Assembly (NCBI GenBank): GCA_963758635.1
Contig: CAVWWD010000008.1
Location: 224,001 to 288,000 of the forward strand
DNA length: 64,000 bases
Direction of reading: 5' to 3'
DNA from: an uncultured Candidatus Rokubacteria bacterium
GTDB lineage: Bacteria > Methylomirabilota > Methylomirabilia > Rokubacteriales > CSP1-6
Position numbers and translations under genes: made by a program. Every line of letters begins with the position of its first letter. Position 1 is the first letter of the stretch. Positions 30,601 to 46,191 of the stretch are shown here, piece after piece. The notes beneath the pieces are model-generated. The model made no database searches. It was not told the origin of the DNA and saw only the letters and a program-made list of their open reading frames with translations.

Positions 30601-31261
30601 GGCGTGGGGCAGCACGGTGGCCCTCGTCGGCCCGTCCGGGGCGGGCAAGACCACGATCGCCAACCTGCTGCTCCGCTTCTGGGACCCCGACGAGGGCACG
30701 GTGCGGATCGGCGGGCACGATCTCCGCGACTACGGCCTCGACGCGCTCCGGCAGCGCGTGGCCCTGGTGGCCCAGGACACGTACCTGTTCAACGACACGC
30801 TCGGCAACAACATCCGCCTGGCGCGGCCCGGCGCGCCGGACGCGGAGCTCGAGGCCGCGGTGGAGCGCGCGGCCCTCGCCGGGTTCGTCGCCGGGCTGCC
30901 CGAGGGGCTCGACACGATCGTGGGCGAGCGCGGCGCGCAGCTCTCGGGCGGGCAGCGCCAGCGCGTGGCCATCGCGCGCGCCTTCCTCAAGGACGCGCCG
31001 ATCCTGATCCTGGACGAGGCCACGTCGCACCTGGACGCGGTGAGCGAGCAGGCGGTGCGCGGCGCGCTCGAGCTCCTCGCGCGCGACCGCACCACGGTGG
31101 TGATCGCGCACCGGCTGTCCACCGTGCGCGACGCCGACCGGATCATCGTGCTGGAGGACGGCCGGCTCGTGGAGACGGGCACCCACGAGGACCTCCTCGC
31201 CCGCGGCGGCCTCTACGCGCATCTCGTCTCGCGCCAGCTCGCGGGGGCGGTGGCGGCGTGA
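27611..31261 (+). CDS. Fused four-domain ABC exporter (TMD-NBD-TMD-NBD; CydDC/IrtAB-like)
   Basis: Two GPSGAGK(S/T), two LSGGQRQR and two DEA motifs; second TMD has AHDMAYRLLA..R; TATCCT 8 nt before GTG 27611. Confidence 0.9.
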   Translation: MYLDRRLWAFTRGVRLRILGTVVLGLLAVGAGIARLALLGWLLARVIKGDPPGALVWPMALTAGAILVRGGLEYWRTMAAHRTASRVQGVLRGAIYDRVTALGPAHFSRSRTGEVILSMVEGVQQLEVYFGQYLPQLAVAALTPVLIFVFVAFVDLPIALVLLVAALVTLIAPTLWHRKDAGKSRARSQAYARFGAEFLDSVQGLATLKAFGQSGERARMLDERGRALFRSTMGVLGTNTLARGITDTGIAVGAAVALGWGAYRVQAGQMDIGALLVILMLGVEVFRPLRELRTVLHQGMLGLSAADGILTILAAEPRVRDRGTPGADGQPLAPTVSFDRVRFSYPGGRRAAHADLTFDVAAGERVGIVGPSGAGKSTVARLLLRFYDPDGGAVRLGGHDLRELSLDQLRGMIAVVNQDTYLFHGTVEDNLRMGKPDATPAELTAAARAANAEEFISRLPQGYRTVVGERGVRLSGGQRQRIAIARALLRDAPILILDEALSSVDAESEAVIQEALDRLMQGRTTLIFAHRLSSVIGADRILVLGDGRVVETGAHAELMARRGAYHRLMAAQAQDGAAARNGGDRPLLPRAPGEDGERERDVALPDTEPTDAILRAEGLTWPRLIRVLLGMVAGYRARLVTTFLLGVARVLALIGVGVVSALIVRAVKYGQPFGGLLVMLAVIAPLAGLLHWLESWLAHDMAYRLLADMRLQMFRTLDRLAPAYLTRRRTGDLVGLATHDIELIEYFFAHTITPAFVAVLVPLGVLATLAAFGWPLALALLPFLAWAGLTPVLGRKRIDRLGSRAREVSGDLSAHAVDSVQGLGEIVAFRHVRARGEEFAAKAREYLRVRVPFLHDLTLQGALQEVATGLGGLAVVAVGAALASQGRLDPTLLPVAVLLAMSAFVPVWEIAQVGRQLADTLGATRRVHAVHAEPVPVTDGRGVDDGEPAGARAAIEQSGAPVAIEPARAGMALELSRVSFAYPGRRQRALSDVSFGVAWGSTVALVGPSGAGKTTIANLLLRFWDPDEGTVRIGGHDLRDYGLDALRQRVALVAQDTYLFNDTLGNNIRLARPGAPDAELEAAVERAALAGFVAGLPEGLDTIVGERGAQLSGGQRQRVAIARAFLKDAPILILDEATSHLDAVSEQAVRGALELLARDRTTVVIAHRLSTVRDADRIIVLEDGRLVETGTHEDLLARGGLYAHLVSRQLAGAVAA

Positions 31262-31798
31262 GCCACGGCGCGCCGACCGTGCTGGTGCTGCCGGGCTACG
31301 GCGACTCCGGGCCCGCGCACTGGCAGAGCCTGTGGCAGGCCAAGCATCCGGAGTACCGTCGCGTCCAGCAGAAGGACTGGGAGAACCCGGCGCGCGCGGA
31401 CTGGGTCGACGCGCTCGACGCCGCGGTGCGCGCGGCCGCCGGCCCCGTGGTGTTCGTGGCCCACAGCCTGGGGTGCCTGACCGTCGCGCACTGGGCGGCG
31501 GCGCATCGCGCCCCGGTCACGGGCGCGCTCCTCGTCGCCCCCGCGGACGTTCGAGGCGATGGAGCTGCCCCCGTCCATCCTGACGTTCCGGCCCATCCCG
31601 CACGGGCGCCTGCCGTTTCCCTCCGTCGTGGTCGCGAGCGACGACGACCTCTACGCGGAGATCGAGCGGGCGCGGCGGTGGGCGAGCGCGTGGGGCAGCC
31701 GTTTCGTGCGCCTCGAGCGCGCGGGGCACATCAACGCCGACGCCGGGTTCGGCCCGTGGCCGGAGGGAGAAGCGCTGCTCGACGAGCTCCTGACGTAA
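31258..31798 (+). CDS. RBBP9/YdeN family alpha/beta hydrolase (indel about 31550)
   Basis: VLPGYGDSGPAHWQ, VAHSLGC, ASDDD and AGHINADAGFGPW. Confidence 0.88.
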
Positions 31799-31830
31799 AC
31801 TCTCCCGGTCGGATCCGCTCCCCAGGACTT

Positions 31831-31922
31831 CGAATGAATGGCGAGACGGCAGTGCACGTGAACGCAGAATCGCGGTGTTCGTCCGCTCGCCGGCGTCAAA
31901 ATCTGTCTTCCGTCACAACGTG
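31831..31922 (+). repeat. Dispersed repeat family B, copy 3
   Basis: GAATGAATGGCGAGACG...ACGCAGAATCGCGGTGTT...CCGTCACAAC. Confidence 0.75.
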
Positions 31923-31942
31923 TGCCAGGAGGCATACCGATC

Positions 31943-32659
31943 ATGGCAACGAAGCCCACCGTGGTGACGCCTGCCCGTTTCGCGTCTGGCCTGACGTTTC
32001 CCCAGTACCTGGAGGACATCGCCACGCCGGCGAACCTGGCGCGCGAGGGATCGGGGGGCGCGCCGCGCCGCGACTTTAGCGGCCACATGCGCCAGTGGTA
32101 CGACTCGATGCCGCTCGACGCGACACGGGCGGGGGCGTGGAAGTGGCTCGCGGCCCGGCCCGGCGGCCCGGCGAAGGTCCTCGTGATCGCCGAGGAGTGG
32201 TCCTCGGACTGCCGGCGCGACGTGCCGCTCGTGGCGCGCGTGGCCGACGCGGCGGGGCTCGAGCTCCGCATCTTCCGCCGCGACGGCGCGAAGTTCAGCG
32301 CGAGCCACCGGCCCAGCCTGGCCGAGGCGCCCGACAGCAACGCCGACCTCATGGCGGAGTTCCTGAACGAGAAGAACGGCCAGACCTGGCAGTCGATCCC
32401 CGTGGTGGTCTTCTACACGAAGGACCTCGAGTACCTGTACCACTACGTCGAGTACCCGGCGATCTACCACAAGGACCGCCTGCGCGGCCACATGCTGAAG
32501 GCGCGCCCGGGCGAGACGGACGCCCAGGCGCAGGAGCGCGGCATGCGCGAGTTCATGGAGCTCCAGGGGTCGCCGTTCTTCCGCGTGTGGGGGTTCGCGG
32601 GCGTGGACGAGATGATGTCGGCGCTCCACGAGCGGCTCACCGTGGACCTCGCGGGCTGA
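31943..32659 (+). CDS. Thioredoxin-like protein (Thioredoxin_9 type) with WSSDC motif
   Basis: VLVIAEEWSSDCRRDVP and cis-Pro loop SIPVVVF; SD AGGAGG. Confidence 0.7.
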   Translation: MATKPTVVTPARFASGLTFPQYLEDIATPANLAREGSGGAPRRDFSGHMRQWYDSMPLDATRAGAWKWLAARPGGPAKVLVIAEEWSSDCRRDVPLVARVADAAGLELRIFRRDGAKFSASHRPSLAEAPDSNADLMAEFLNEKNGQTWQSIPVVVFYTKDLEYLYHYVEYPAIYHKDRLRGHMLKARPGETDAQAQERGMREFMELQGSPFFRVWGFAGVDEMMSALHERLTVDLAG

Positions 32660-32668
32660 GGCGGCGCC

Positions 32669-33715
32669 ATGCGTCCCGTCCCCTTCGGCCTCTTCGATCA
32701 CGTCGACCGCGGCGAGGAGACGATCGGCGCGCTCTTCGAGCAGCGCCTGAAGCTGGTCGAGCAGGCCGACGCCGCCGGCTTCCGCAGCTACCACGTGGCC
32801 GAGCACCACGCCACGCGCCTCGGCATGGCGCCCTCGCCCGGCCTGTATCTCGCGGCGGCCGCGCAGCGCACGCGGCGCATCCGGCTGGGCCCCCTCGTCT
32901 ACATCGTGCCGATGTACCCGCCGCTCCGCCTGATCGAGGAGATCTGCATGCTCGATCACCTCTCGGGCGGCCGCTTCGAGCTGGGCGTGGGCCGCGGGAT
33001 CTCGCCGTACGAGCTCGCGTACTCGGGCATCAACTTCCTCGAGGCCCAGGGCATCTTCGAGGAGGCGCTCGAGGTGATCCTCGCCGGCCTGCGCGGCGGC
33101 CGGCTCACGCATCGCGGGCGGCACTTCCAGTTCCACGGCGTGCCGATGGAGCTGGAGCCCGTGCAGCGCCCGCATCCGCCGCTCTGGCAGGGCGTGGTGT
33201 CCCCGGAGAGCGCGGCGGCGGCGGCGCGGCGCGGCGTCAACGTGGTGACCAACGCGCCGTCCACCGCGGTGCGGAGCGTGGTCGACGCCTACTGCGCGGC
33301 GTGGAACGGGACGGAGGCCGCCCGGCCGCTCGTCGGCATGCAGCGGCACGTCTACGTGGCCGACACGGACGAGGAGGCGCTCGCCGTGGCGCGCCCCGCC
33401 TACAAGGTCTGGTACGACAGCCTGACGAGCCTGTGGCGCCAGTTCGGGTCGGCGCCCGTACGCTTCGCCGACTCCCTCGACCGCGCCATCGCCAACGACG
33501 CGGCCATCGTGGGCTCGCCGGACACGGTGCGCGCGGAGCTGGCGCGGCACCTCGAGACGAGCGCGTGCACGTACTTCGTCGGCCGCTTCGTGTTCGGCAC
33601 GCTCGGCTACGAGCGCGCGTCGCGCTCGCTGGCCCTGTTCAGCCGCGAGGTCATGCCGCAGTTCGCGGCCGCCCCGGCGGTGCCTGCGGCCGCCTCCGGC
33701 GGGGCGGGAGCGTGA
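32669..33715 (+). CDS. LLM-class flavin-dependent monooxygenase
   Basis: AEHH, LDHLSGGRFELGVGRG, PVQRPHPP and IVGSPDTV. Confidence 0.9.
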   Translation: MRPVPFGLFDHVDRGEETIGALFEQRLKLVEQADAAGFRSYHVAEHHATRLGMAPSPGLYLAAAAQRTRRIRLGPLVYIVPMYPPLRLIEEICMLDHLSGGRFELGVGRGISPYELAYSGINFLEAQGIFEEALEVILAGLRGGRLTHRGRHFQFHGVPMELEPVQRPHPPLWQGVVSPESAAAAARRGVNVVTNAPSTAVRSVVDAYCAAWNGTEAARPLVGMQRHVYVADTDEEALAVARPAYKVWYDSLTSLWRQFGSAPVRFADSLDRAIANDAAIVGSPDTVRAELARHLETSACTYFVGRFVFGTLGYERASRSLALFSREVMPQFAAAPAVPAAASGGAGA

Positions 33716-34485
33716 CGCGTGGCTGACGCGCGGCGCTCGGCGGGAAGGTGGCGCTCGTCATCGGCGCCGCCCAGGGCATCGGCCAGGCGGTGGCCCTCGA
33801 GCTGGCCCGCGCCGGGGCCGCCGTGGTCTGCGCCAACGTCGACGCCGCGGGGGCGAAGGCGACCGCGGAGACCATCGTGGGCGCGGGAGGCCGGGCCGAG
33901 GGGCGCGGCAGCGACGTGACGCGGGCGGAGGACATGCGTGAGGCGGTGGACGCCGCGGTGTCGGCGTGGGGCGGCCTCGACGTCCTCGTGTTCGGCGCCG
34001 CCGTCCGCGAGCCGACGGGCACCGTGCTGGACCTGTCGGAGGCGGACTGGAACCGGACGCTCGCGGTGAACCTGACCGGCGCCTTCCTCGCGAGCAAGGC
34101 GGCGCTGCCCGCGATGATCGCGCGCGGCGGCGGCAGCGTGATCCTGATCGCGTCCCAGCTCGGCCGCGTGGCCGGCGCCGCGCGCCCCGTCTACTGCGCC
34201 ACCAAGGGCGCGCTCATCCAGCTCGCCAAGGTCATGGCCGTGGACCACGCGCCCCAGAAGATCCGCGTCAACACGCTCTCGCCGGGCCCGGTGGAGACGG
34301 GCCGGCTCCTCCATCGCCACGGCGACATGGCGACGGCGCGCGCGGTGCTCGGGCCACGCAACCCCATGGGCCGGCTCGGCCTGCCCGCGGAGATCGCGCG
34401 CGCGGCCCTGTTCCTGGCCAGCGACGCCTCGAGCTACATGACGGGCTCGGACCTCGTGGTCGACGGCGGCTACACCGCCATATAA
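33712..34485 (+). CDS. SDR oxidoreductase (start approximate; probable indel near the 5' end)
   Basis: GAAQGIG, YCATK and VDGGYT. Confidence 0.88.
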
Positions 34486-34490
34486 CAGAA

Positions 34491-34525
34491 CCCTCTCCCC
34501 TCTGGGGAGAGGGCAGGGTGAGGGG
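34491..34525. repeat. REP-like palindrome
   Basis: CCCTCTCCCCTCTGGGGAGAGGG hairpin followed by CAGGGTGAGGGG. Confidence 0.7.
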
Positions 34526-34554
34526 CGGTCGTACGACCTCACGGAGAGACACGC

Positions 34555-35610
34555 ATGAAGCACTCGATCGCAGTCATCCCCGGCGACGGCATCGGCAAGG
34601 AGGTGCTCCCCGAGGGCATCCGCGTCCTCGACGCCGCGGCCCGGCGCTTCGGCTTCGAGCTGGACTGGACGCACTTCGACTGGAGCTGCGAGCGCTTCAC
34701 CAAGACCGGGCGGATGATGCCCGAGGACGGGCTCGACCAGCTCCGCCGCCACGAGGCGATCTTCCTCGGCGCCGTGGGCTTTCCCGGCGTGCCGGACCAC
34801 GTCTCGCTCTGGGGGCTCCTGATCCCCATCCGCCGCGGGTTCCGGCAGTACATCAACCTGCGCCCGGTGCGGCTGCTCCCGGGCGTGCGCTCGCCCCTGG
34901 CCGGGCGCGGGCCGGGCGACATCGACATGCTGGTGGTGCGCGAGAACAACGAGGGCGAGTACTCGGAGATCGGCGGCCGGCTCTACCGCGACACGCCGGA
35001 GGAGGTCGCCGTCCAGACCGCGATGTTCACCCGCACCGGCTGCGATCGCGTGATGCGCTACGCCTTCGAGCGCGCGATGAAGCGCCCGCGGCGCCACGTG
35101 ACCTCGGCCACCAAGTCGAACGGCATCATCCACAGCATGCCGTACTGGGACGAGCGCTTCGCCGCCATGGCGAAGAGCTATCCCGACGTGAAGACCGCGC
35201 AGTTCCACATCGACATCCTCACCGCCCACTTCGTCCAGCACCCCGACTGGTTCGACGTGGTGGTGGCGTCGAACCTCTTCGGCGACATCCTCTCCGACCT
35301 CGGCCCCGCCATCGCGGGATCGATCGGGATCGCGCCCGGCGGCAACATCAACCCGGAGAAGGAGTACCCGTCGATGTTCGAGCCCGTGCACGGCTCGGCG
35401 CCGGACATCGCGGGCAAGGGCGTCGCGAACCCCATCGCCCAGATCTGGACGGGCGCCATGATGCTCGAGCACCTGGGCCACGCCGACGCGGCGGACGCGG
35501 TGGTGAAGGCCATCGAGCGCGTGGTCGCGGACGGCAAGGTCGTCACCCGCGATCTGGGCGGCGCCGCCGGCACCAAAGAGGTCGGCGAGGCCGTCGCCTC
35601 GCTGATCTGA
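34555..35610 (+). CDS. Tartrate dehydrogenase/D-malate decarboxylating dehydrogenase
   Basis: IPGDGIGKEV, VPDHVSLWGLL, RENNEGEY and FEPVHGSAPDI. Confidence 0.9.
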   Translation: MKHSIAVIPGDGIGKEVLPEGIRVLDAAARRFGFELDWTHFDWSCERFTKTGRMMPEDGLDQLRRHEAIFLGAVGFPGVPDHVSLWGLLIPIRRGFRQYINLRPVRLLPGVRSPLAGRGPGDIDMLVVRENNEGEYSEIGGRLYRDTPEEVAVQTAMFTRTGCDRVMRYAFERAMKRPRRHVTSATKSNGIIHSMPYWDERFAAMAKSYPDVKTAQFHIDILTAHFVQHPDWFDVVVASNLFGDILSDLGPAIAGSIGIAPGGNINPEKEYPSMFEPVHGSAPDIAGKGVANPIAQIWTGAMMLEHLGHADAADAVVKAIERVVADGKVVTRDLGGAAGTKEVGEAVASLI

Positions 35611-35625
35611 AGGGGCCGAGCGGGG

Positions 35626-35823
35626 GTGAGAACGAGCATCGTGCTCGACGATCGGCTGGTCCAGGAGGGCCTGCAGCGTTTCGGCTGCAGCTCGAAACGG
35701 GCACTCGTCCATCTGGCGCTGACCGAGCTGATCAAGAGCGCTCGGCGGCGCGACCTTCTGTCGCTCAGGGGTCAGGTGAAATGGGAAGGGGACCTCGCCA
35801 AGCTGCGCCGCCTTCGTCCGTGA
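35626..35823 (+). CDS. vapB: VapB-type antitoxin
   Basis: MRTSIVLDDRLV..SKRALVHLAL..L.GQVKWEGDL..LR. Confidence 0.8.
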   Translation: MRTSIVLDDRLVQEGLQRFGCSSKRALVHLALTELIKSARRRDLLSLRGQVKWEGDLAKLRRLRP

Positions 35824-35870
35824 TCATCTTCGCCAGGACGGTCTGATCGAGTTTCCTCGAGGCCAGGGTC
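35820..35870 (+). pseudogene. Degenerate 5' remnant of a vapC toxin gene
   Basis: GTGA overlap, then MIIFARTV* ..IEF, resembling a decayed xIxxDTSVWIEF motif. Confidence 0.4.
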
Positions 35871-35941
35871 GCGTGGCCTCGGCCATGCCATCGACGTCGG
35901 GATCCGTGAGTGCCGCCATCGCCGCTGTATATCGCGTGGTC

Positions 35942-36331
35942 TCAAGGGCGCGCGTGCAGGTCAACGAACCCCAGCCGCGCCATCCGCCGGAAATCGGCAT
36001 CCAGGGACCAGAGGGTGGCGTCATGGTCGGCGGCGATCGCCGCCACGATGAGATCCGCGACGCCAACCGCTCCCCCTGGTCGCCGGCCATGTCGATCCAG
36101 CCGTCGATCGATCCCAGGTGCGAGGTTCCGGATAGCTCGACGGGCAACGCCGAGAGCGATTGCCTGAGCCGTGCACGATCGTTCCTCCTGGCGCCGGCCA
36201 GGATCTCGACCCGAACGCGGGCCGTCAGCATCACCTGGCCCGTGTCCAGGAGTTGCCGCAGGTGATCTGCCACGCCGCCGGTCCCGTCGCGCAGGGCCGC
36301 GATCCAGACCGAGGTGTCGACGGACGATCAC
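35942..36331 (-). CDS. vapC: VapC PIN-domain toxin (several indels)
   Basis: VDTSVWIAALR, VRVEILAG, ADLIVAAIA and LWSLDADF, spread over different frames. Confidence 0.8.
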   Translation of the reverse strand: MIVRRHLGLDRGPARRDRRRGRSPAATPGHGPGDADGPRSGRDPGRRQEERSCTAQAIALGVARRAIRNLAPGIDRRLDRHGRRPGGAVGVADLIVAAIAADHDATLWSLDADFRRMARLGFVDLHARP

Positions 36332-36534
36332 CGCGAGCGGTGGGGCCGCCGGCGCGATCGCGGGACGTCGATGTCGAGCTTCACCGTGCCCAGCAGAGCC
36401 TTCAGTTCCTCGATCCGGCGTCGCCGGACCAGCTCGCGCAGCGACAGGACGACGGTGTCGGTCTTGGACTTGAATCCGAGGATCTTGCGTGCCTCTTCGA
36501 GGAGATCGTCAGGCAAGTCGAGAGTTGTGCGCAT
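36328..36534 (-). CDS. vapB: VapB-type antitoxin
   Basis: MRTTLDLPDDLLEEARK..KSKTDTV..LRELVRR; GTGA overlap with the PIN gene. Confidence 0.85.
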   Translation of the reverse strand: MRTTLDLPDDLLEEARKILGFKSKTDTVVLSLRELVRRRRIEELKALLGTVKLDIDVPRSRRRPHRSR

Positions 36535-36570
36535 ACGTTAGACCCTAGATCGTATGCCTCAGAGTGTCAA
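36531..36570 (-). promoter_or_regulatory. vapBC promoter with overlapping operator palindrome
   Basis: TTGACA-N17-TAGGGT-N7-ATG; inverted repeat GCATACG-N13-CGTATGC at 36531-36557. Confidence 0.7.
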
Positions 36571-36664
36571 CACCGGCTGTGACGAGGTGAGAGCGATCTT
36601 CGGGTAGGCGGCGGCGTCGCTCACTCCGTGCACGCTCCGGCAGGTCAGTGGCGAAATGCTCGCC

Positions 36665-37000
36665 CTACTGGACCGCGGCGATGCCTTCCTCGCGCGAGCT
36701 CGAGATCGTGAACAGGTCGAGGAAGCCGCCGAGGTCGAAGAGCTGGCGCACCTTGCCGGAGACGCCGCAGAGGGCGAAATGGCTGCCGCCGCCGTCCGCG
36801 CGCTTGCCCGCCAGGAGCAGGACGCGGAAGCCCGCGCTCGAGATGTAGTCCAGCCTGGAGAGGTCCAGGAGGAGGCGCCGGCCGGGCGCGGCGAACATGC
36901 CGGTGAGCCGCTCGCCGAGCGCGGGCGCGGTCCCGCTGTCGATGCGTCCATGGACCTCCAGGATCGTCACGTCGCCGACCGCGTCTTCACGAAGCTCCAC
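36665..37000 (-). CDS. STAS anti-sigma factor antagonist (RsbV/SpoIIAA-like)
   Basis: GRIDS and LDYISSAGFRVL phosphoserine motif. Confidence 0.9.
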   Translation of the reverse strand: MELREDAVGDVTILEVHGRIDSGTAPALGERLTGMFAAPGRRLLLDLSRLDYISSAGFRVLLLAGKRADGGGSHFALCGVSGKVRQLFDLGGFLDLFTISSSREEGIAAVQ

Positions 37001-37436
37001 GGGCGTCTGCCTCCCTGGCGTCGTCGAGGCGCCTCCTCAGCACGAGGCGATTGCGGTCGCCGACCCGCGCGTACCGCACCTCGCTCATGAGCCGTTTCAC
37101 GAAGTGGATCCCGAGGCCGCCCACCTGGCGGTCCGCCAGCGGCGCCGACAGGTCCGGCGCGGGCACGGTGAGGGGATCGAACGGCTGGCCGTCGTCCTCG
37201 ACCTCCGCCTCCAGCACGCTCCCGGGGTCACGGTGAGACGCACGCGGATCGTCGTGCGCCGAGCCGTCCGGGTGAGCGTAGCTGACGATGTTGGCGAGCA
37301 CCTCGTCCAGGGCCACCTGCATGTCGGTGACCGCGGACGCGGGAAGATCGCACTCGGCGGCGAGGTCGTCGACGAGCTGCATGACCATCGCGATGCCGCC
37401 GGCGTCGCCCGCCACCGTGCGGTCGATCGTCGTCAC
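36987..37436 (-). CDS. Anti-sigma factor Ser/Thr kinase (RsbW-like)
   Basis: ALDEVLANIVSYA, EDDGQPFDP and GGLGIHFV. Confidence 0.88.
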   Translation of the reverse strand: MTTIDRTVAGDAGGIAMVMQLVDDLAAECDLPASAVTDMQVALDEVLANIVSYAHPDGSAHDDPRASHRDPGSVLEAEVEDDGQPFDPLTVPAPDLSAPLADRQVGGLGIHFVKRLMSEVRYARVGDRNRLVLRRRLDDAREADARGAS

Positions 37437-38604
37437 GGGAGCCGGCGCACCGCGAGCGCCGCGATGTCGTCGGAGGGGGGCGCGCCCGCCTCGAACTCCC
37501 GCACCCGCGCGATGACGGCATCCACGAGGGCGCGCGGCGCCGCCGCGGCGTGCTCGGCGAGCGCGGCCTCCAGGCGTTCCTCCGAGAAGAGCTCGCCGGC
37601 GGCGTCCATCGCCTCGGTGATGCCGTCGGTGTAGACGAACAGGCCGTCGCCGGGGGCGAGCGCGCACGCGACCGTCTCGTACGTGAAGCTCGGCCGGATG
37701 CCGAGGGGCTTGCACCGCGCGCCGGCCAGCGGCGACACGCGGCCATCCGCGGCGATCACGTAGGGCGCGCCGTGGCCGCCGTTGCAGAAGGTGAGGGCCC
37801 CCGTCCCGGGATCGAGCAGCCCGAGGAACAGCGTCACGAACATGCCCTGCTCGTTGTCGTGGCACAGCTCCACGTTCACCCGGGCGAGGATGTCGGCGGG
37901 GTCGGGCACGGCGCCGGGCCCGCCGGGCGCGAGCGTGGCCACGAGGCGCGTGAGGGTCTTGGTGCGGGCCATGAACAGCGCCGCCGGCGCGCCCTTGTCG
38001 GACACGTCGGCGACCACGAGGACCAGGTGCCCGGTAGGGAGCGTGAACACGTCGTAGAGGTCCCCGCCGATCTGGCGGGCCGGCTCGAGCATCGCGAAGA
38101 CCTCGACGGGATGATCGGGGCCGGGCGCGGGGAACACCGACGGCACCATGCCGAGCTGGATCTCGCGCGCGGAGGCCAGCTCGCGCTCCATGCGGTCCAG
38201 GTGCCGCGTGACCTCGTCGCGGAGCCGCTTCTTCTCGAGGCACGCTCCGACGCGCGCCTTCAGGAGCACGGCGTTCAGCGGCTTGGTGAGGTAGTCCTCG
38301 GCGCCGAGCTCGATGCACCGGATCACGCTGTCCATCTCGGCGAGGGCGGAGACGACGATCACGGGCAGGTGGGTGAGGCGCCCCTCCTCGCGCAGCCGCT
38401 CCAGGACCTGGTAGCCGTTCATCTCCGGCATCATCACGTCGAGGAGCACGAGGTCGAAGGGCCGCCCGGCCATGAGCTCGAGGGCCTTCCGGCCGTTCTC
38501 GGCCTCGGTGACGTCCGTGTAGCCCAGGCGGTTGAGACGCGCGATGAGGACGGCGCGGTTGTCCTCGAGGTCGTCCACGACGAGGAGCGCCGGGCCGCCG
38601 CCGC

Positions 38605-38608
<4 letters not shown>
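37433..38608 (-). CDS. Response regulator with SpoIIE/PP2C phosphatase output (RsbU/RsbY-like)
   Basis: REC LLDVMMP; AREIQ, GGDLYD, ADVSDKG, YTDGITE and DDIA. Confidence 0.92.
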
Positions 38609-39695
<1,087 letters not shown>

Positions 39696-39699
<4 letters not shown>

Positions 39700-40100
39700 G
39701 GGGCGGCGGGACGCGACTCCCCCGCGTCGGCGCCGCGCCCCGAGCCCAGGAGGGTCTCGATCTTGGCGCGCAGGCGGGGAAAGTCGACGGGCTTCGAGTC
39801 GTAGTCGTCGCAGCCGGCGGCCAGCGCCTTCTCGCGATCGCCCGTCATCGCGTGCGCGGTGAGCGCGATGATGGGGATCGACCGGGTGTCGGGCGCCGCC
39901 TTGAGCCGGCGGGTCACCTCCCAGCCGTCGATGCCGGGCAGGCTCAGGTCCATCAGGATGAGGTCGGGGCGGTCGGCGGCGGCCATGGCGAGTCCGCGCT
40001 CGCCGTCGGGCGCCACGAGGACGGTGTAGCCGGCCCGGGTCAGCCGTTGCTGGACGACGTAGACGTTGTCCTCGTTGTCCTCGACGTACAGGATCTTCAT
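39696..40100 (-). CDS. Single-domain response regulator (DivK-like)
   Basis: ILYVEDN, LMDLSLP, ALTAHAM and SKP. Confidence 0.92.
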
Positions 40101-40155
40101 GGGGGGACGGCCCGTTCCGCGCGATCCTATCACGGGAGGGCAGGCGTCCGGACCC

Positions 40156-45098
<4,943 letters not shown>

Positions 45099-45102
<4 letters not shown>

Positions 45103-46157
45103 CGGTACACCCCGTCGGCGCGCAGGAGGATCTTGCGCGGCACGGGGATGCCGAGGAGCGAGGCCGTCTTGAGATTCACCGCGAGGTCGATCTTCTCCGC
45201 GCCCTCCACGGGGAGGTCCCGCGGCCGGGCGCCCTTCAGGATCTTCGCGACGAGGCGCGCGGCCTGGATCCCCTGCGCATGGAAGTCGGGGCCGTAGGAC
45301 ACGAGGCCGCCGTGGCCGACCCAGAGCGCGGTGGGGAACACCGCGGGGATGCGCCCGGCGAGCGAGGTCTCGAGCATGGTGGCGGGGATGTCGAGCGTGT
45401 CGATGAACGGGGCGAGCAGGCCGTCGCCGGCCTGGAGCCCGGCGAGCACCTGGATCAGCTCCGCCCCGTCCTTCACGGTGCGCGGCACGACGGTGACTTT
45501 CAGGCGGGCCGACGCCTCGAGGGTCTTCGCGAGCGCCGCGCTGTCCGTGACGTCGCCGCCGTAGTAGACGAACCAGACGCGGCGGAGCCCGGGGGCGATG
45601 GTCTTGAGCACCTCGAGGCGCTTCGGCGTGAGCTCGGTGCTCAGGTTGGAGATGCCCGTGAGGTTTCCGCCCGGCCGGGCGAGGCTCGCGACGATGCCCG
45701 AGGTGATGGGATCGCCGACCAGCGTGAAGACGATCGGGATCTCGCGCGTCGCGTCCCGGGCCGCCGTGGTCGCCGCCTCGTTGCTCGTGAAGATCAGGTC
45801 GACGCCGGCCTTGACCAGGGCCTGGGCGGCGGCGGGCGTCGCCCCCGGCTTTCCCTCGGTGAAGCGGATGTCGAACGTCACGTCGCGGCTCTCGACCAGC
45901 CCCAGGTCGCGCAGCCCGACCTTGAGGCCTTCCACGGTCGGGTGGTTCGCCGCCCACGCCTCGTTGAGCACGCCCACGCGGAACGGACGCGGGGCGGGCT
46001 GGGCGTGGACGGGGCCGGCGGGGACCAGCAGGGCGGCCAGCGCGACCGCCAGGGCGACGGCGAGAGGCGAGAGCGTCAGCGTGTCCTCGTCAGGGTCCGT
46101 GAACGAATGACGAGGCGGCCCGGCGTGCGTACGCAGAATCGCAGTGTTGACCCGCAC
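45099..46157 (-). CDS. ABC_sub_bind family substrate-binding protein (start uncertain, possibly near 46079)
   Basis: [46 protein letters not shown] and NLKTA; stop overlaps the kinase start. Confidence 0.88.
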
Positions 46158-46190
46158 GGCGAAGTCGAGATCCGCACGCCGTCACAGCTG
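46098..46190 (+). repeat. Dispersed repeat family B, copy 4
   Basis: GTGAACGAATGACGAG...GTACGCAGAATCGCAGTGTTG...CCGTCACA. Confidence 0.7.
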
Positions 46191-46191
46191 G

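Noticed and set aside
32190..32215. Selenocysteine in the thioredoxin-like motif
   Set aside because: The codons are TCC TCG GAC TGC; there is no in-frame TGA.
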